A stretch of 48,339 nt of DNA from Mesotaenium endlicherianum (GCA_009602735.1 WELA01003164.1:1-48339), one strand, 5' to 3'; shown: positions 22,422 through 35,690, counted from the first letter of the stretch. Notes: generated by a model from the sequence alone, not told the origin. Numbers and translations are program-made.

Positions 22422-24580
22422 TTAAGGAGCAAGTGCAATGACACCTGCAAGAGAGGACAATGGGAGTTGTTAATTTACGGAGCAGATCAAAAGGGCTCAG
22501 GCCAATAACCAATTCACAGTACTGGTGGTTCCTCAAGACTCAAGAAAGTCTCCTAATGAGAACCTATAGGTTGAGTCACTTGTAACAAAGTGTGCCATCA
22601 ACCATAATGTGCCAAAGGGCATACTAAAGTCAAGCACGTATGCTGTCATAACAATCCTTAAAATTGGAAGTCCCTTGACCAAGTAATATCCACCTGGGGA
22701 GGTTCACCTTTAGATCGAGGAACTCTACATAATAGGAGACCAACACAAGAAGCGAGAGACAAAGGCGAGTTGTGACTACCAGGGTTAAGTCGTGATTATG
22801 TCCCCTTTGAGAGTGCTACAGCAGGAGGAGGCAATATCCAACATATTTCAAAGCAACCAATGAGCTGCACGTGAAAGAACAAGTTGAATTGGTTGTCAAC
22901 TCACCACAGCCAACCCGGGCGCCGGAATTTCCATTGAGGAGACTTGCAGGCACGCCACCTGTCAATCAAACACAAATAAACAACATGAGGCCACTGTCTT
23001 CCAGACAAGGATATCAAATTGCTGACAAGATGACCAAGCTTAGGAACAACTTTGGGCCACATCGTTCAGGCAACCTAAGGCCCCTATTGAGAGCCGCATA
23101 TCTCAATTTATGGCACTTCACAAGCAGCAAAAGACAATGAGTATTCACGTTGTGGGAAAAGAGAATGCGTGCTGCGCGTTGAGATGAGTATATGTAACAA
23201 CACCACAACCATGCCAGTGAGTTTGATCATCGCAGCAGGGCCTTGATGCCTCGGCTAGACACAAGGGACCACATTCCTGCCCAGCGCCCAGAAAGGAGAC
23301 ACATACCTTTGCCAAGGTCGTCTGCCAAGGCATGGATGACCACTGCTCGGCCAATCACGGACCGGCTGCCTTTCAGAGGAATCTGCAGACCCACAGGCAT
23401 TCAAACGGGTGTAAGAAATCGACCCAGCTTGACTGTGCAGATGAAGAGCGGATGGACACACACCCCTCCTCCCCCCGGTGTTCCACTTGCTTAAAAAAAC
23501 CACCACAAGATAGCAACGCCCATTTCACGCTGAGCACCAGCAGCAGCAGAAGAAGCTCAAGTAACACTGCTACTCAAGGCAAGGGGCCACAACTATCGTT
23601 CCGGTACTTACAAATTTGTCAGTGATAGAGACGGCAGCAACCCCTGCAACATAACCACACGCACACATGATAACGTTTGCGTTAGAAAAGAGTAGCTCCA
23701 AGAGCACAGGCCACAGTGCTGCCCCCAACGTGCGTGTGCCAATCTGATGCACGAACAGATAAGACACACCCTCGTCAGAGCAGCTTGCAGGCCAGATCCG
23801 AGCTGCCACTAAGTTTTCCGTAGTGTGACACCATTCAATCATCTGAACAAGCCTGTGGCAAGCAGATGTGATATGCTGCTGACCACACGAGGATGCCGCC
23901 AGAGTGTGATGCTGTCTGCTGCGGCTGGCTAGGGAGGCCACAAGGGTAGTGGGGCTGGGGGGCAGCAAGCACCTGAAGCACCGGCCTGAATGTTGCCCAA
24001 GTCACCAGCGTGGCGCACCTTGTCAGTGGGTGCGCCGTGGTTGGTGCTGAACGGGTTCCAGTGGGGTCCTGCTCCCTTGTTCAACGGACACAGTTGCACT
24101 TGTCAGGGACGTGTTGGGCCATACAAAAGGCGTCCAGGCATATCAGAAACCTGACTGAATACTAGTAGGTAGTTGTTGTTACACCCTGATGAGCACTCCA
24201 TTATTGGTGGACTAGGGGGTAAATAGCTAGCTGGCAGAGGAGGCATGCAGCCAAATAGAAGGGCATGCAGGGGCCGGCCGCTGGCCAGCATATGCATATG
24301 GCCATGGCAAAATGCGCGACTCTCCAGCTTCACTAGATATGCAGAGTATCATAAGGCATATGACGCACGCATGTGTTAGATATCATAGCCATGCTATCAA
24401 GACACGATATCATAGCTATGCCACCAATGCAGCGTGCCGTAGGCGTCTCTTGTGCTACTAACAGATGATCTTAAATATTTATGTCAGCTGATGATCTTCC
24501 TTTCAGTCTCTCTGAAGTGGGGTGTAGAAATGGTTGGCAGAGGATGAAGGCAGGGCTACAATATGAGCTGTCACTTACAC

Positions 24581-24640
<60 letters not shown>

Positions 24641-26302
24641 CCCAAACATTGTGCATCCATCATAAGCTAAAGGTTACCAACAGCATAAGAAATGATGTGC
24701 AGGCAGCCAGTTTGGGTGTACAGTGAATGCCACGTGCAACTCCTTACCAGCTGAGGCGCAGCCGCCAGTAAGGTCACCCCACTGATGCACGTGAATCCCA
24801 TGCAGACCTGGCGTCAAGCCACCTAAGCTGCCCTGCACCTTCGTTTTGCCTGCATGCATGCCATCCCCATAATCAGCCCTCCGTGTGTTTACAAGATATT
24901 CCGGCTGGGAAGCAAGATTTTTCAGCTGGCAAGGTGGTGCTCTCCCTCGCTTCCATCAGTTATCAAGTTCTTGGAGGTGAGCCAAACATCTTTCCAATAG
25001 TTCACGGCAGTCTCCCCTCAAGTCAGTCTCAAAAGCTCATGTGGCTCATGGATACAGGAGACTGTCTCTGGACAAGTGATGGGCACCAAGCACATTACAC
25101 ATCATACTCTTTCACTGCACAGCTGTGTGAGAGGGGAGAAGTTCATTATGTATGGACGAACACAGGGCAGGTTGTAAATATGCACTTCTAATGCAGTAGC
25201 TCCACTCCTTCACGGTCTCATCAGTCCTAGCACGTGAGTGAAGAAGCTTACAACTACATACTTAACATTGGTACAGCATTCCGGTGACTTGGAGGTAAGC
25301 ACCTACCGTTGCTTAGAACCGACTATTTTGAAGTGTATTTCAAGTTCCTACTCTTCACTCCCACATGCTCAGTGGCACCTCCCCAGAGACAGACAGAGAG
25401 GGAAGCTCTAGCTAGCTGAAGCAGCTATGCAGGTGGGCTGTTGCAGAAATGGGAGTGCGAAGAGGTCAAGCACTCACTTCCGTCGTATGTGATGTTGAGG
25501 AAGCCAGTGACGTTTCCGGTTGACAGGAGCACCACAGCTTTCACGGTCACAGTCTCTGGCACCCATTCAGAGCAAGTCACACCACTTCAGTGTCCTAGTC
25601 TATGCAATGCAGGCAGTCCTGGCCTCTACACACTTGCAGCTATACAAAGTCCAGGAAATGAGTGCGTCATCACATATCTCACACGTATGTAGGTGAGCAG
25701 AGATTGAGTCCTGTCTCAGATGATCCGTTGGATTGGAAGGCAGTGTAAGTAAGTTGCTACGGGGAAAAGCAATGGAGGTCCTATGCGTGTATATACGCAG
25801 TTTATGCAAGTGATAAGAAGAAGGACTTATTCTCAGAAAGGTACGCCAAGTTGCTTGGAGGACAAAGCAACTATGTCCGGTGAAGGTTGCCTACCTTGCT
25901 TGATGCAGAACCTTGGGTTGCCAATGCTATTGATGTTGATAGGTTTGTAACCCAAAAAGCATGTACATGTGTAACCCGTTGATGAGTCCGAGCAAGAGGA
26001 GTAAGTAGGGCATCGATCGCCACGTCCGCATTTTGCTGTGCGTGCAGAAACTGCACACAAGAAGTATGCTCGAGAGTTAACAAACCGCATATTCTAAACA
26101 CGAGAAATGTACACCGGTCAAGCACCCAAAAGTGTTGCCCGCGATCCAATTTGTTTGCACATCAAATGGCGATGAACCATTTGGGCTTTTGCAATTTCGA
26201 TGACAGCAGCTGACTGGAGCCTTTGTGCGCTGAGAGTGATCACCTACCTGACGTTATTGCCATCAACATCAGTGAAAGAACTAGAACGGCGTGCCTCTTC
26301 AT
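22422..26302 (-). CDS. Secreted EGF-domain Cu/Zn superoxide dismutase, 9 coding exons, 223 aa
   Basis: Exons 26302-26248, 26050-25895, 25555-25478, 24849-24748, 24068-23973, 23643-23612, 23382-23307, 22958-22905, 22444-22422. All introns GT-AG and in frame (672 nt). Motifs HGIHVH, GC.SAGPHWNP, NHG.P...[16 protein letters not shown]...[16 protein letters not shown]. Confidence 0.9.
24583..24638. repeat. (GA)28 microsatellite in a SOD intron
   Basis: Perfect dinucleotide run. Confidence 0.98.
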
Positions 26303-26883
26303 GCTAAAAAAAGTTGAAATACAGGACAGTATTGTTCTCGCTTAGACAATTGTGGAATTCACTTAGTGCGAGCTGTAAAAGTGAATGTTTCCGGCACTTA
26401 GACGAGATGGACGTGAGTCTCCTACTGAACACGATTTGCAGTGAAGTAGCGCTACTTTCGCATTATCTACCCGGACTTAACAATTCAGCTCTAAGTTTCT
26501 CTACCTGCGGGCTAAGTAGCTTACTCCTGGCTTCACTCCTGGCTTTATCCACAATCGTATATGACATGATGACAGTCACGGGCAGTCAGGGGCAGTCAGG
26601 GGCGTGAAGAGCAACGCGTACTTCGCTGCATCGTTGACTATCGATCCGTTACATCATATAAGTGCGCGCTTCTCCGCTAGATCCACAGCAAGCATTTCTA
26701 GGAGCTTCCTAGTGAGTCGTGACTCAATCGCCTGCACTTAGGCACACGCTCGCCTTCTATTTGTTGCAGATTTGTTGCAATTGATAGCCACTGGTAATCA
26801 TTGTCTTTATTGGTCTTTATGCGAATAGAAAAAATCCTGACTCCTTCTGACTCCTACCCACTCAAGGGACCAATCTAAGGGAC

Positions 26884-27178
26884 CAGGCCCCTCGATTCGA
26901 CAAAATTCGCGGATTTCGGAAACATCCTCTGGGCTGCTCTGGCCAACGGTCAGGGTCAGTTAGGATTTCGGGAACATCCGTCAAAATATGGAAAGATTAT
27001 TCATATGGATCAATAAAATCCCATGGCATTCTAAAAGAGATATTAGAAATTTCGGGATTTAACGCGATATCCACTTGAAATCATTAGGAATATAAAGACA
27101 TCCTTTTTCTTTGAATCGGGGTTTATAACATCCAATATATGATTAGCAGATAACGCCCTTAATGAATCGAGGGGTCTG
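26884..27178. mobile_element. MITE (295 bp) with 15-bp TIRs and a 9-bp TSD
   Basis: CAGGCCCCTCGATTC ... GAATCGAGGGGTCTG (14/15). Flanks CTAAGGGAC and CTAGGGGAC. Internal repeats GGATTTCGG(A/G)AACATCC. Confidence 0.8.
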
Positions 27179-28818
27179 CTAGGGGACCCATGCAGTGCTT
27201 CGCGGTGAAGGCGGAAGCGACGTTGACTTCTGGCTATTACGGTGACGAAAGTTTTAAGATGCGCCTCCTTTCTGATTGATAGTAACTGGTAATAATTGTT
27301 AATAGTTGATTTCTCCCATAGAAAGCAATAGCAAGTGGTTGACATTGGACACGATCGTCGAGACTCTAAATGGAGGTCCACCAGGACGCACAGTCAGACG
27401 TGTGCATGTGACTTTCACCACGCAGGCCGCGCGAGTTCGTGCAGAACACAATAGGACAGTGCCGGACAGTGCCGGATGGTGCCGGAAGCTGGAGAAAGCA
27501 GGAGAAATTGGTAGAAAGTGGGAAGCCAATAGGGGAACAGACGGCAATGCGGGAGAGCGTGGAAATCGACCTGTTAAGTGTGACATCGTACTTTTATTAC
27601 GGAGTCAATCTCATGCCTGACGTGCACTGAAGTGAGGCACTGAGGAGCTGGGCTGCGCAAATGCCTGCGAATGCTGGTGGATGCTTGTGAATGCCTTTGG
27701 ATGCGTGTGGATCGGTGTAGATCGTGGGTGGGAAACTGGCGTACAATTTGCCGGACCTCAAGTTTGGCGTATCTCATTGATAAGCTAACTTTTGAAGCTC
27801 CGTGTGATTTAATAATTCAGATCAGTTCTGTATATCAAAATACGGGTAATCGCGTGCGACTCTATTTGCCGTAATTCGAAAATTCTTTAGCCTTTGTGCA
27901 TAATATCTCCCCAAATCCTAACAGGAAATGGACCCCCCATTTGTGTGGATGCTTGTTGCAGCCTCAAAAAAATTGTGTATTTTCTCAGAACAGAGTTTGC
28001 TGGAGCATACCAACAGATAACCAATTCAGAATGTATTTAGTTTGCGTAATTGACGAATCTTCTCAATTTCTGCGTGATTATCGCAAATCCGAAGTGGAGT
28101 TTTCCCGTGGCGGAGGCAGAAGGGGCTGACAATATTTGAGCAAGTCCCACCAAGGCATTGTGATCCGAGCTGCCTGATCAAGCATCTTGAAGCCAAGAAT
28201 AAGGTGGAATAAGGAGCACGTATGACATCGACCTTGTATAGCAAAACAGTTGTTGGCACCTCAGCATCTCTCGCAAAGCTATCACTAATGATCGCAAGCA
28301 TGGGGTGATAGTTCCCTCCAATAATTGGCCACGCATTGCATCAATTTTTTGGCTGCAACATTTGGTAGATATTTATAATTTTCTCATCTCATGTTAACCC
28401 TAGTGGTTGCAAAAAAAATAAATGAGACGTGAACCTTTGTGCACAACTTGCAATTCCTGAGAAGTATATAATAGAATCTGAGAAATTGGAGCCACTTTGC
28501 ACTCCATGATTGCAAGCAGATAAGCAAAACTATAGAATGACTCGATTGTGTCATTGGTCAACATTCTCTTGACGCTCCTAAGTGGCAACGACCTGTACAA
28601 GCTGATCAAGTCACCATACATGCTCTACAAGGATGCAGACTTACCCGCCAATTGATATGCTCAAAGTATATGCATTGATTTGTTGTTGTCTATTAGGCGC
28701 GCCTCTTGTAAGAGTTTGAGTATAATTTTCTTTTACTTCTTGTAGTACGTGTGAGTATCAAGGCCGTACACATCTTGTAATCAGATTCGAGTTTTAGAAG
28801 TTAATAATTGGTCCAGAA

Positions 28819-29356
28819 TTTAAATGTTTGAGTGGGCCGGCAAAGCTCCTGCACCTCATAAGATGAGGCAGACTAGGAGTTTGCCCTCTCTATATGTCGA
28901 ACGTGAATCAGTGTGAGAGTGTGTCCCACCCAGGGGTAGCGGTCATGGCCATGGCAAGGCGAATCCACTTGGGCGTGTGAACAAGGTTGCGGAAATGAAC
29001 GACGAGAAGTCATTTTTGGAGGCATTGGGAGCTATAACGGATTTGGGCTGTGCTTGGGTTGGACCGCCATGGCTGGGTGCATAATTCTTACTGGGCTTCG
29101 TTGGGCTGGGCTAAGCAAGGAGAAGAGGGTGTGGGTTAGGGCAGACAAAGTAAGGTCCTTTCTAAATAAATTTGCATGCTTTGTGGTCCAGCCCTAGCAC
29201 CATAGTGAGGCTTTTTCTTGCATGGTCATGTGATTTTTGTGTGGCAAATCAAATAATTTGGCATCGACTAGTACATCGTTCTGACGCTGCACTGTCATCA
29301 TCATTCAGGGCAGCTTTTATGAGAGCCAAGTTCGCCGGCCCTCTCAAAGATTGAAA
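28819..29356. mobile_element. Possible old non-autonomous TIR element
   Basis: TTTAAATGTTTGAGTGGGCCGGCAAA matches the reverse complement of the right end at 22/26, with weaker similarity inward. No TSD found. Confidence 0.45.
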
Positions 29357-29831
29357 CAGTAAATCATAATCTGCAATGTGCGTCTCGAGTATGGAGCCGA
29401 AAGCCACGGATAAGTTGAATATTGAAGCTGTAGAGCTCCAAGAGGGGATCTATCATGTTAAGCAAGTCAAGTACATGCTCAGTATGGAACTCTACAACTT
29501 GAGCTCGCGGCGAACTTTGATGTCACCCACTTCCAATTATGTCATAATCTTCTGGGGTGCAGGTTAATGATGGTACACTCGCAGCATATATGCTTTCACA
29601 GTTCAGGCAACATCTATTCCTACAACAAATATGAACCTACTTGAGAACTGAGACCATTCATTACATCTTTTCACAAGCAAAACAGTAAAGAGCATGTGGA
29701 GCACTAATGTAAAGCTTCACTACTGATAGACATACAACCGCAATACCCTTTTCTATGCATGTAATGTGCTGTCATCTTCAAGTTGAGTGACAGCGGTTCT
29801 CAGCTTACCCTTGAGCAGTGATAGAATGTAA

Positions 29832-32800
29832 TCAAGCAGCAATTCCATCTGGAAGGTCGCCAAACTTGGACTTGATGAACTCTTCAATCTTTGACCCCAG
29901 AGCTGTTGCTGGCAGACAAGCATGACAAAGGGAGAGAGTGAGCCCCTCCAGCAATGCAGCTATGTACATTTACTGGCCACTCACAGCAGAACCAGTACAC
30001 GGATGGATTTAAAAACACAATGTTAACATCAGCAAGCAAACAAGGAGTGAAAACTAGCACCCTTGACATCCATCCAATGGTTGTGATCAATATTTAAGGA
30101 TGTCCTGGGCATGCCTTATGGACAACAACTATGATGGTAAGAACTGGGAGCCAGCTCGAGCACAGGCACACACACATATATGCAGAGAGAAGGAGGGAGA
30201 GAGAGAGGGGCTTACCTGCTGATTCCGCGGGCTTCTTCGACTTACTCTTGGGCAACTTTCCGGAAACCGCTGCCGCAACGAGGCCATCCAGCTCTTTGTC
30301 TGCTCACTCAAACCAAGGCATCACGGAGTAAGCATGGTCTGCATGGTGAGAGCAATGTTTCCCGGTAGGAAGCGAGAAAATGTCAACAACCCTTCCCTAC
30401 AAGTGCCCGCAACAACGTAACACGACCTGCCACACCTCTTACGAGGCCTATGCATGAGGAAAGAGGATAGCATTGATCTAAAATCACCCTCACGCGCAAC
30501 CAAAATAAGGAGGGTATAAAGGAGCTGAGGCTTGCAGAAGTAATACGTCAGAGAGTATGTTGCAGTGCGGAGGATGCAAACCTAGGAAAAGGGCATCTTC
30601 AATGTTGTCAATGTTACGTCTGCTACAATGTTAATATCTGCAGTCTAAATGCACACGCATAGACCAATGGTGTGACATGCTCATAAGTTATCTTTGTGAT
30701 TCTTATTAAAGCTTTAGTCAACACCGTGGCTGCCTTTAAGCACCCATCTAGGAAAGGAGGGCAGGTACAAGCATAACATGAGACATGCAGCCATTCTCAC
30801 CTGACACAAGCTTGTCTCCTTCATGAGCATTCACCAAATAGGCGGGGATGCCATGTGAAGTCACCTGCCAAACATCAACCATGGATGAGCGAGCCCTAGT
30901 TTGTGCTGTCCCATCCACCAAGTCCCCTCTGATGCATGGCGGGATGTAACTGACGCTTATGTTTCTGCACGTCAACATAGCCGACTTGGTGCCACATCTG
31001 GGCGTGCGTGGTCCACAACAGCCAGTGGTGCAAGCAATCTGCTCATCTTAATCAAAGCTCCAGTGAATCCGCCACTCAGCTTGCTCTGAAGGGGAGGTGG
31101 TTACGCACGCAGCAACAGTATTGGTAAGACTTGAAACGCACGACCATGGGAGTATGCAGGTTAATAAAGAACGCAACACATGACTACCAGATTCACAACG
31201 AGGTCAGTGCCATGACTGAGAAGCAGCACAGCCCGGGCGCAGGCAGCCGAGGCTAAGGCGTCTCAGCACGTACCAAGTCAGCAAGCTTCAGTGCCAGCGC
31301 CACAGGCTCCACACCCAAGGGCCCGCTTGCGTAAGCTGGCTTAAACTTCTTGCCGTCGTAGCCCGCCAGGTAGTAGTAGGCCGCCTGAGCAGGCGACAGC
31401 TTGCAGATGGCCGGCACAGCTCCCGTGCTGCGTGCATCACCACCACCATCACCAGGGCCATCATTCAGATACATGCCTTGGCGTTGTTAGTCCACCACAT
31501 AAGTCGGCTTCTCTGTTCACCCATACATGCCTACCTGCTTGCTTGCTTGCTTCTGGGCTGCTTAGGTAGCCGGTTGTAAATTCAGGAGAAGGAAAGAGCT
31601 GCAGCGGATAGCTGCAGATTGGAAAATTTATGCATACACGCCTCTTGCACAGAGAGAGGCGTCACCAGCCAGACACGAGTCAGAGACTCGCTCAAGGGTG
31701 CATGAAGCAGTCTTTCATTTGTCCATTCTCAGCACAGAGTATACTCGTTCTGCACAGGAGAGGGGGGAGAGTCCACAGAGGCTGCGGCGCACCTGTCACT
31801 TGTGACGATGACGAGAGCAGCTGGTGCTTTGTACACATTGGGCGCCACACCCTCATCCTTCCCTTGGAATAGGCGAGCGACCCCGGATGGGCCAAGCACA
31901 GCGGCCGTGTCAGCCAAAAGGGCAGACTGTGAGAGGCCCTTGAGAGAAGCAGCCGCAGAGTCGGGAGCAAGGACAAGCGCGCTGGCACCACCTGTTGCCA
32001 CCAGCCTGCGTCCACCCATCCAGCCATGCACTCAATAATCTGTGCATCCGTCCGTCCCTCCAAGCAGGCCACATGCAGCAGCAAGGGTAGGGCATCCATG
32101 AGCAGCAGCAAGCAGACGACCACACAAGGGCTTCGTGTTGCCCTGGGCCCTCCCTTGCTGTTCCTTATGCTCACAGGAAGCAGCAACAAGCAGACGACCA
32201 CACAAGGGCTTCGTGTCGCCCTGGGCCCTCCCTTGCTGTTCCTTCTGCTCACAGGAAGCAGCCTTCCTCAGATGCAACCTCTTGGGCAGTGCCAATTTAT
32301 AAATGGGCACAGCAGACATTCCTCCACATCCAGATTCCCATCTAGCTGATACGTAACCACACCCATGGCTTGCACCAAAAGTAGCACAGCTGGCGACAGA
32401 GGAAAGCCCTGTTCGAGCTGCCACATGCTTTCCTTGTTCTCCATGAGCAGCTTCACAATATGCAGACACAGCACCTCAGACCAGCCTGCAAAGAAAGGGC
32501 AGGGGCGGCACTTGGCAGTGTCTGTGGGCACTTGCCTGGCAGAGAGGGGAAGTCCACCAGCGGCAGCAATGATGGGGCCGGCAGCAGCTGTCAGCGCCGA
32601 CTTGATGGCAGCTGTATCACCCAGGGCGCCTCCAACTACAATGACAGCTGACGTGTCATAATCCACTGCCACAAAGCCCTCTGCTGGAAACGCTGGAGAA
32701 CTGCAAAAAAAACATGGCAGGTGTCTCCAGCCATTTCTTATTGTAGGGACAGGATCATCAGCAGCCCCCCTCTGCGATATATGCATTAGAGACACTGAAC

Positions 32801-35690
32801 ACGACTAGGACAGGGCCGGGCATTCACGGAGGTTGAGATTTATACCGTCTGCAGCCTCTTACGGAAGGACCTTTCTGAATGACATGCACACAAGCACAGA
32901 TGAATCAAAATACCAAACAGCATGCTATTGGGTACACTTGCCTCAAACAACAGACACCATCACTATCTGCGACTACATGCTAGTCCTTTTGACAAGAACA
33001 AATCTGCAACCCACCAAAGTTTGAAAGCAATCATCTGTGTGGCCGTGCGGTATGAAACAGCCAGACTGACTCGACTCAGCATTAACCACAAACTGGTCAT
33101 CATGTCTTTCTACAGCACTTTTTGTGACCGCCAACTAACTGGGCCAACTAAATAAGCTACAAGCCTCAGAGAAGACCCCTTTTTGGCACATTCAAATAAC
33201 AGAGAGACAGCCGCCAAGAACAGCAGACCGGCAGCAGTCTAGAGGCTACCTCTGCATTCAGAGAAGGTGGCCAGGGGAAGAGGGTCAGTGCCATGCCTGT
33301 AGCCAGAGGCCACGTAGACAGTGAGAGGGAACGCGTCGGACGAGATGACGCGGGTGGGGGTGGACGTGAGGATGGAGCCCAACACCAGGGCGCCGCTGGG
33401 GCTGTCGCTGACTGTGCGCGTGCGCGCATCGATGCCGGGGGCAGAGCTGACAGCTCCGTCGTGCACGTACAGCTTGGGCACTCCTGACAGGTGTGCTGTC
33501 ACCTGTGACAGCATGATGTGCACAGCCTGTCACGTGGCTGATGCTGCCAGAGTGGGGTAATGGCCAAGCATTGCTGACGTATTATATGATATGTAGTTTT
33601 TTCCATATGAAACCCTACTGAGCCAGAAAACCTCAATCATGCTGTTTGTATGAGCTGCAGAATCCTTTGTTCCGGAGTTGTGGATACGATAAACTGATAC
33701 TTCAAGGCACAAAGAGATGAGATCAAAACACAGCTGCAAATGGAGCCCTCGTATGACCACCGTAAGAAACTCAGTGTAACTGGGCGTGTGCAGCCTGAAG
33801 GATTGGAGAAATCAAGTCATATGCACTCAACACAGGGATACCAAAGCACTGACCTCTTTGAAGAGCTTGTTAAACTGAGCCTTGGTGATGGGCTCTGCCC
33901 CAGTGGAGTGTGCTCCCTTGGCATACACCTTGCTCCCGTTCTTGGCTCCTGCTCATGCTCAGGCGTAATGTCATGACACAACTCAACCAAAAGTTCCAAG
34001 AAAACAAAAAGGCGGAAAGCCACGGCAAACAAAGGCTAAATTGATGTTCCTAAGTTGACTACGTGAAGAGTTGGGCATTCCATGCGCTAACTTTGTCATG
34101 CAAATATAATCACAAACGCCTCTAACCAGGCCAAAAGACATCTGTACGGAAACTTTTCCAACCGTGTATGACACAATTGCGTACTGCAGGCTATGAGGTT
34201 ACATAGCACACAGTGAATGCAATAAGTTATCAATGAGTGGCAACCGATTAAGTCCAAAAATGGGTTGTGGGCAAGGGCAGAACCTGGTGAGCTGCCCCCC
34301 AGCTTCTTCAAAGCAGCAGGTTTGAAGTTGCGATGCGCTTCTCCAGCAGGAGTGACACCGATGGAAGCCAAAGCCCAATTTAGAGCGTAACTCACTCCAG
34401 GTCCCTCTCTGTTGAGGTACACAATTGACAGAACTTGCAATAAGAAGCAGGACCTACTCTCAGCACAAAACACTGATGGAACCAACTTCAAATAATAATT
34501 GGAAATCAAAACGCCAGGAAGAAACAGCTGCATTGAGCACGATCACATATAACCTGCTAATCTATAGATCTGTTAACCTTGGGCTCCTTCAATGTTTCAT
34601 GCACATCCCTTGGAGCCACTCCATGCTTGCTAGCCATTGATGAACATGCTATACAGAACAGGGATAGTACACAATGCCTTTAACCCAAAGGAACAATGAC
34701 CAACTTCTTGCCGCCAAGCCAGCTACGTAACTCGCAAGCACCTCTTGGTAAAATCTCTTCCAAGTTTATAGACACACGCCGTCTTACCTAGGAAAAAGGA
34801 TGCCTTCGCTGTCACTAGTAACTTCAAGGGCTGCTGCTTGTGCATGAGCCTGCAAAAATATTGAGCTTTTCAGGATAGTTTCAAGGGGCAGTCTGTATAG
34901 TAATTATACCATAGCTTGAGTTGAAATGGTGTGAGACTGCTCCAGCAATGGAAATCACTTTGAGATCTCCAGTACTGTGCCTGTCTAGGGCACTACATGC
35001 TTATGTTATTGCTGATCCACACTTGCACGCAAAGCCCACTACATCCTCTCCCCACTAGGATCTTGGTGAAGCGTGTGAGTAAGTATTTTGCCCCGAACTT
35101 TTTCAGCCCTCTTACAAAATGTTTTTCTTTCGAGGCTCAATTGCAAAAATAGTATCTTGACAGAATGCAGGCGACCTTTTTTCAAGTAAGAGTCTCTGTC
35201 ACGCTTCTGCTGTTAAGCTCCTGCTGCTAATCCTCGTGTGATATATTGCTCAGTGACAGGACTGATCGATACTCTTTCACAAAATACTTGTAGAGGCTCC
35301 AATGAAGAACGCATTTATGCAAGAGACTCAGCAAGAAGCAATCGTCATGGAGTAGATGTATTGATTTGAGATGATCAGCGAGACTCTCGGTACTGGGCTT
35401 GCAGGAAAGGACAATCTCTCGTGCATTACATCACAACGTCCTTACAAGCTTCTATAAGCAGTCCATTCCTCAGTTCCTGCCAATCCCTGCAAGGACCCCC
35501 AGGACGGGAAGTTGACTATTACCCGGCAGGAAGTGTGCGTATTTCTGCACGAGAGGACCTCAAACGAGGGAAGTTCACTTATTACTGCTGGCACAGTCGC
35601 TTTTTGTGAAACAAGAACCTGTGCCTGAGGAGCAGCTGCAGCCTGCCTTAAGCGGGAGGCCAGGCGAGCCACCAGCCGGGCACGCTGCAT
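29832..35690 (-). CDS. PEP carboxykinase-like protein lacking the P-loop, probable mitochondrial presequence, 11 coding exons, ~470 aa
   Basis: Exons 35690-35523 (donor uncertain, alternative 35586), 34849-34788, 34408-34284, 33948-33854, 33502-33297, 32700-32536, 32005-31793, 31427-31274, 30864-30801, 30299-30216, 29908-29832, all in frame. PEPCK-type motifs LYVHDGA, D.TGAVP.ICKLSPAQAAYYYLAGY, AYLVN. FPREGPGVSYALNWAL recalls a conserved uncharacterised plant family (from memory). Confidence 0.85.
32101..32262. repeat. 78-bp tandem duplication (2 copies) in an intron
   Basis: Units begin at 32101 and 32179 and differ by about 3 substitutions. Confidence 0.92.

Noticed and set aside
24471..24726. 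ORFs with SL/ER dipeptide runs
   Set aside because: These are translations of the intronic (GA)28 microsatellite.
25600..25700. Cys-rich stretch (TCEICDD...SCKC...C) as a second EGF exon
   Set aside because: The cysteine spacing is not EGF-like, I saw no convincing splice sites, and the gene model is complete without it.
27300..28700. Several 60-110 aa ORFs and a short GTGCCGGA x3 repeat
   Set aside because: No motifs or consistent exon structure; cannot be distinguished from intergenic noise.
31692..32469. Overlapping ORFs with repeated peptides, and a CRISPR-like reading of the repeat
   Set aside because: They arise from a two-copy 78-bp intronic duplication with no spacers, in a eukaryotic gene.
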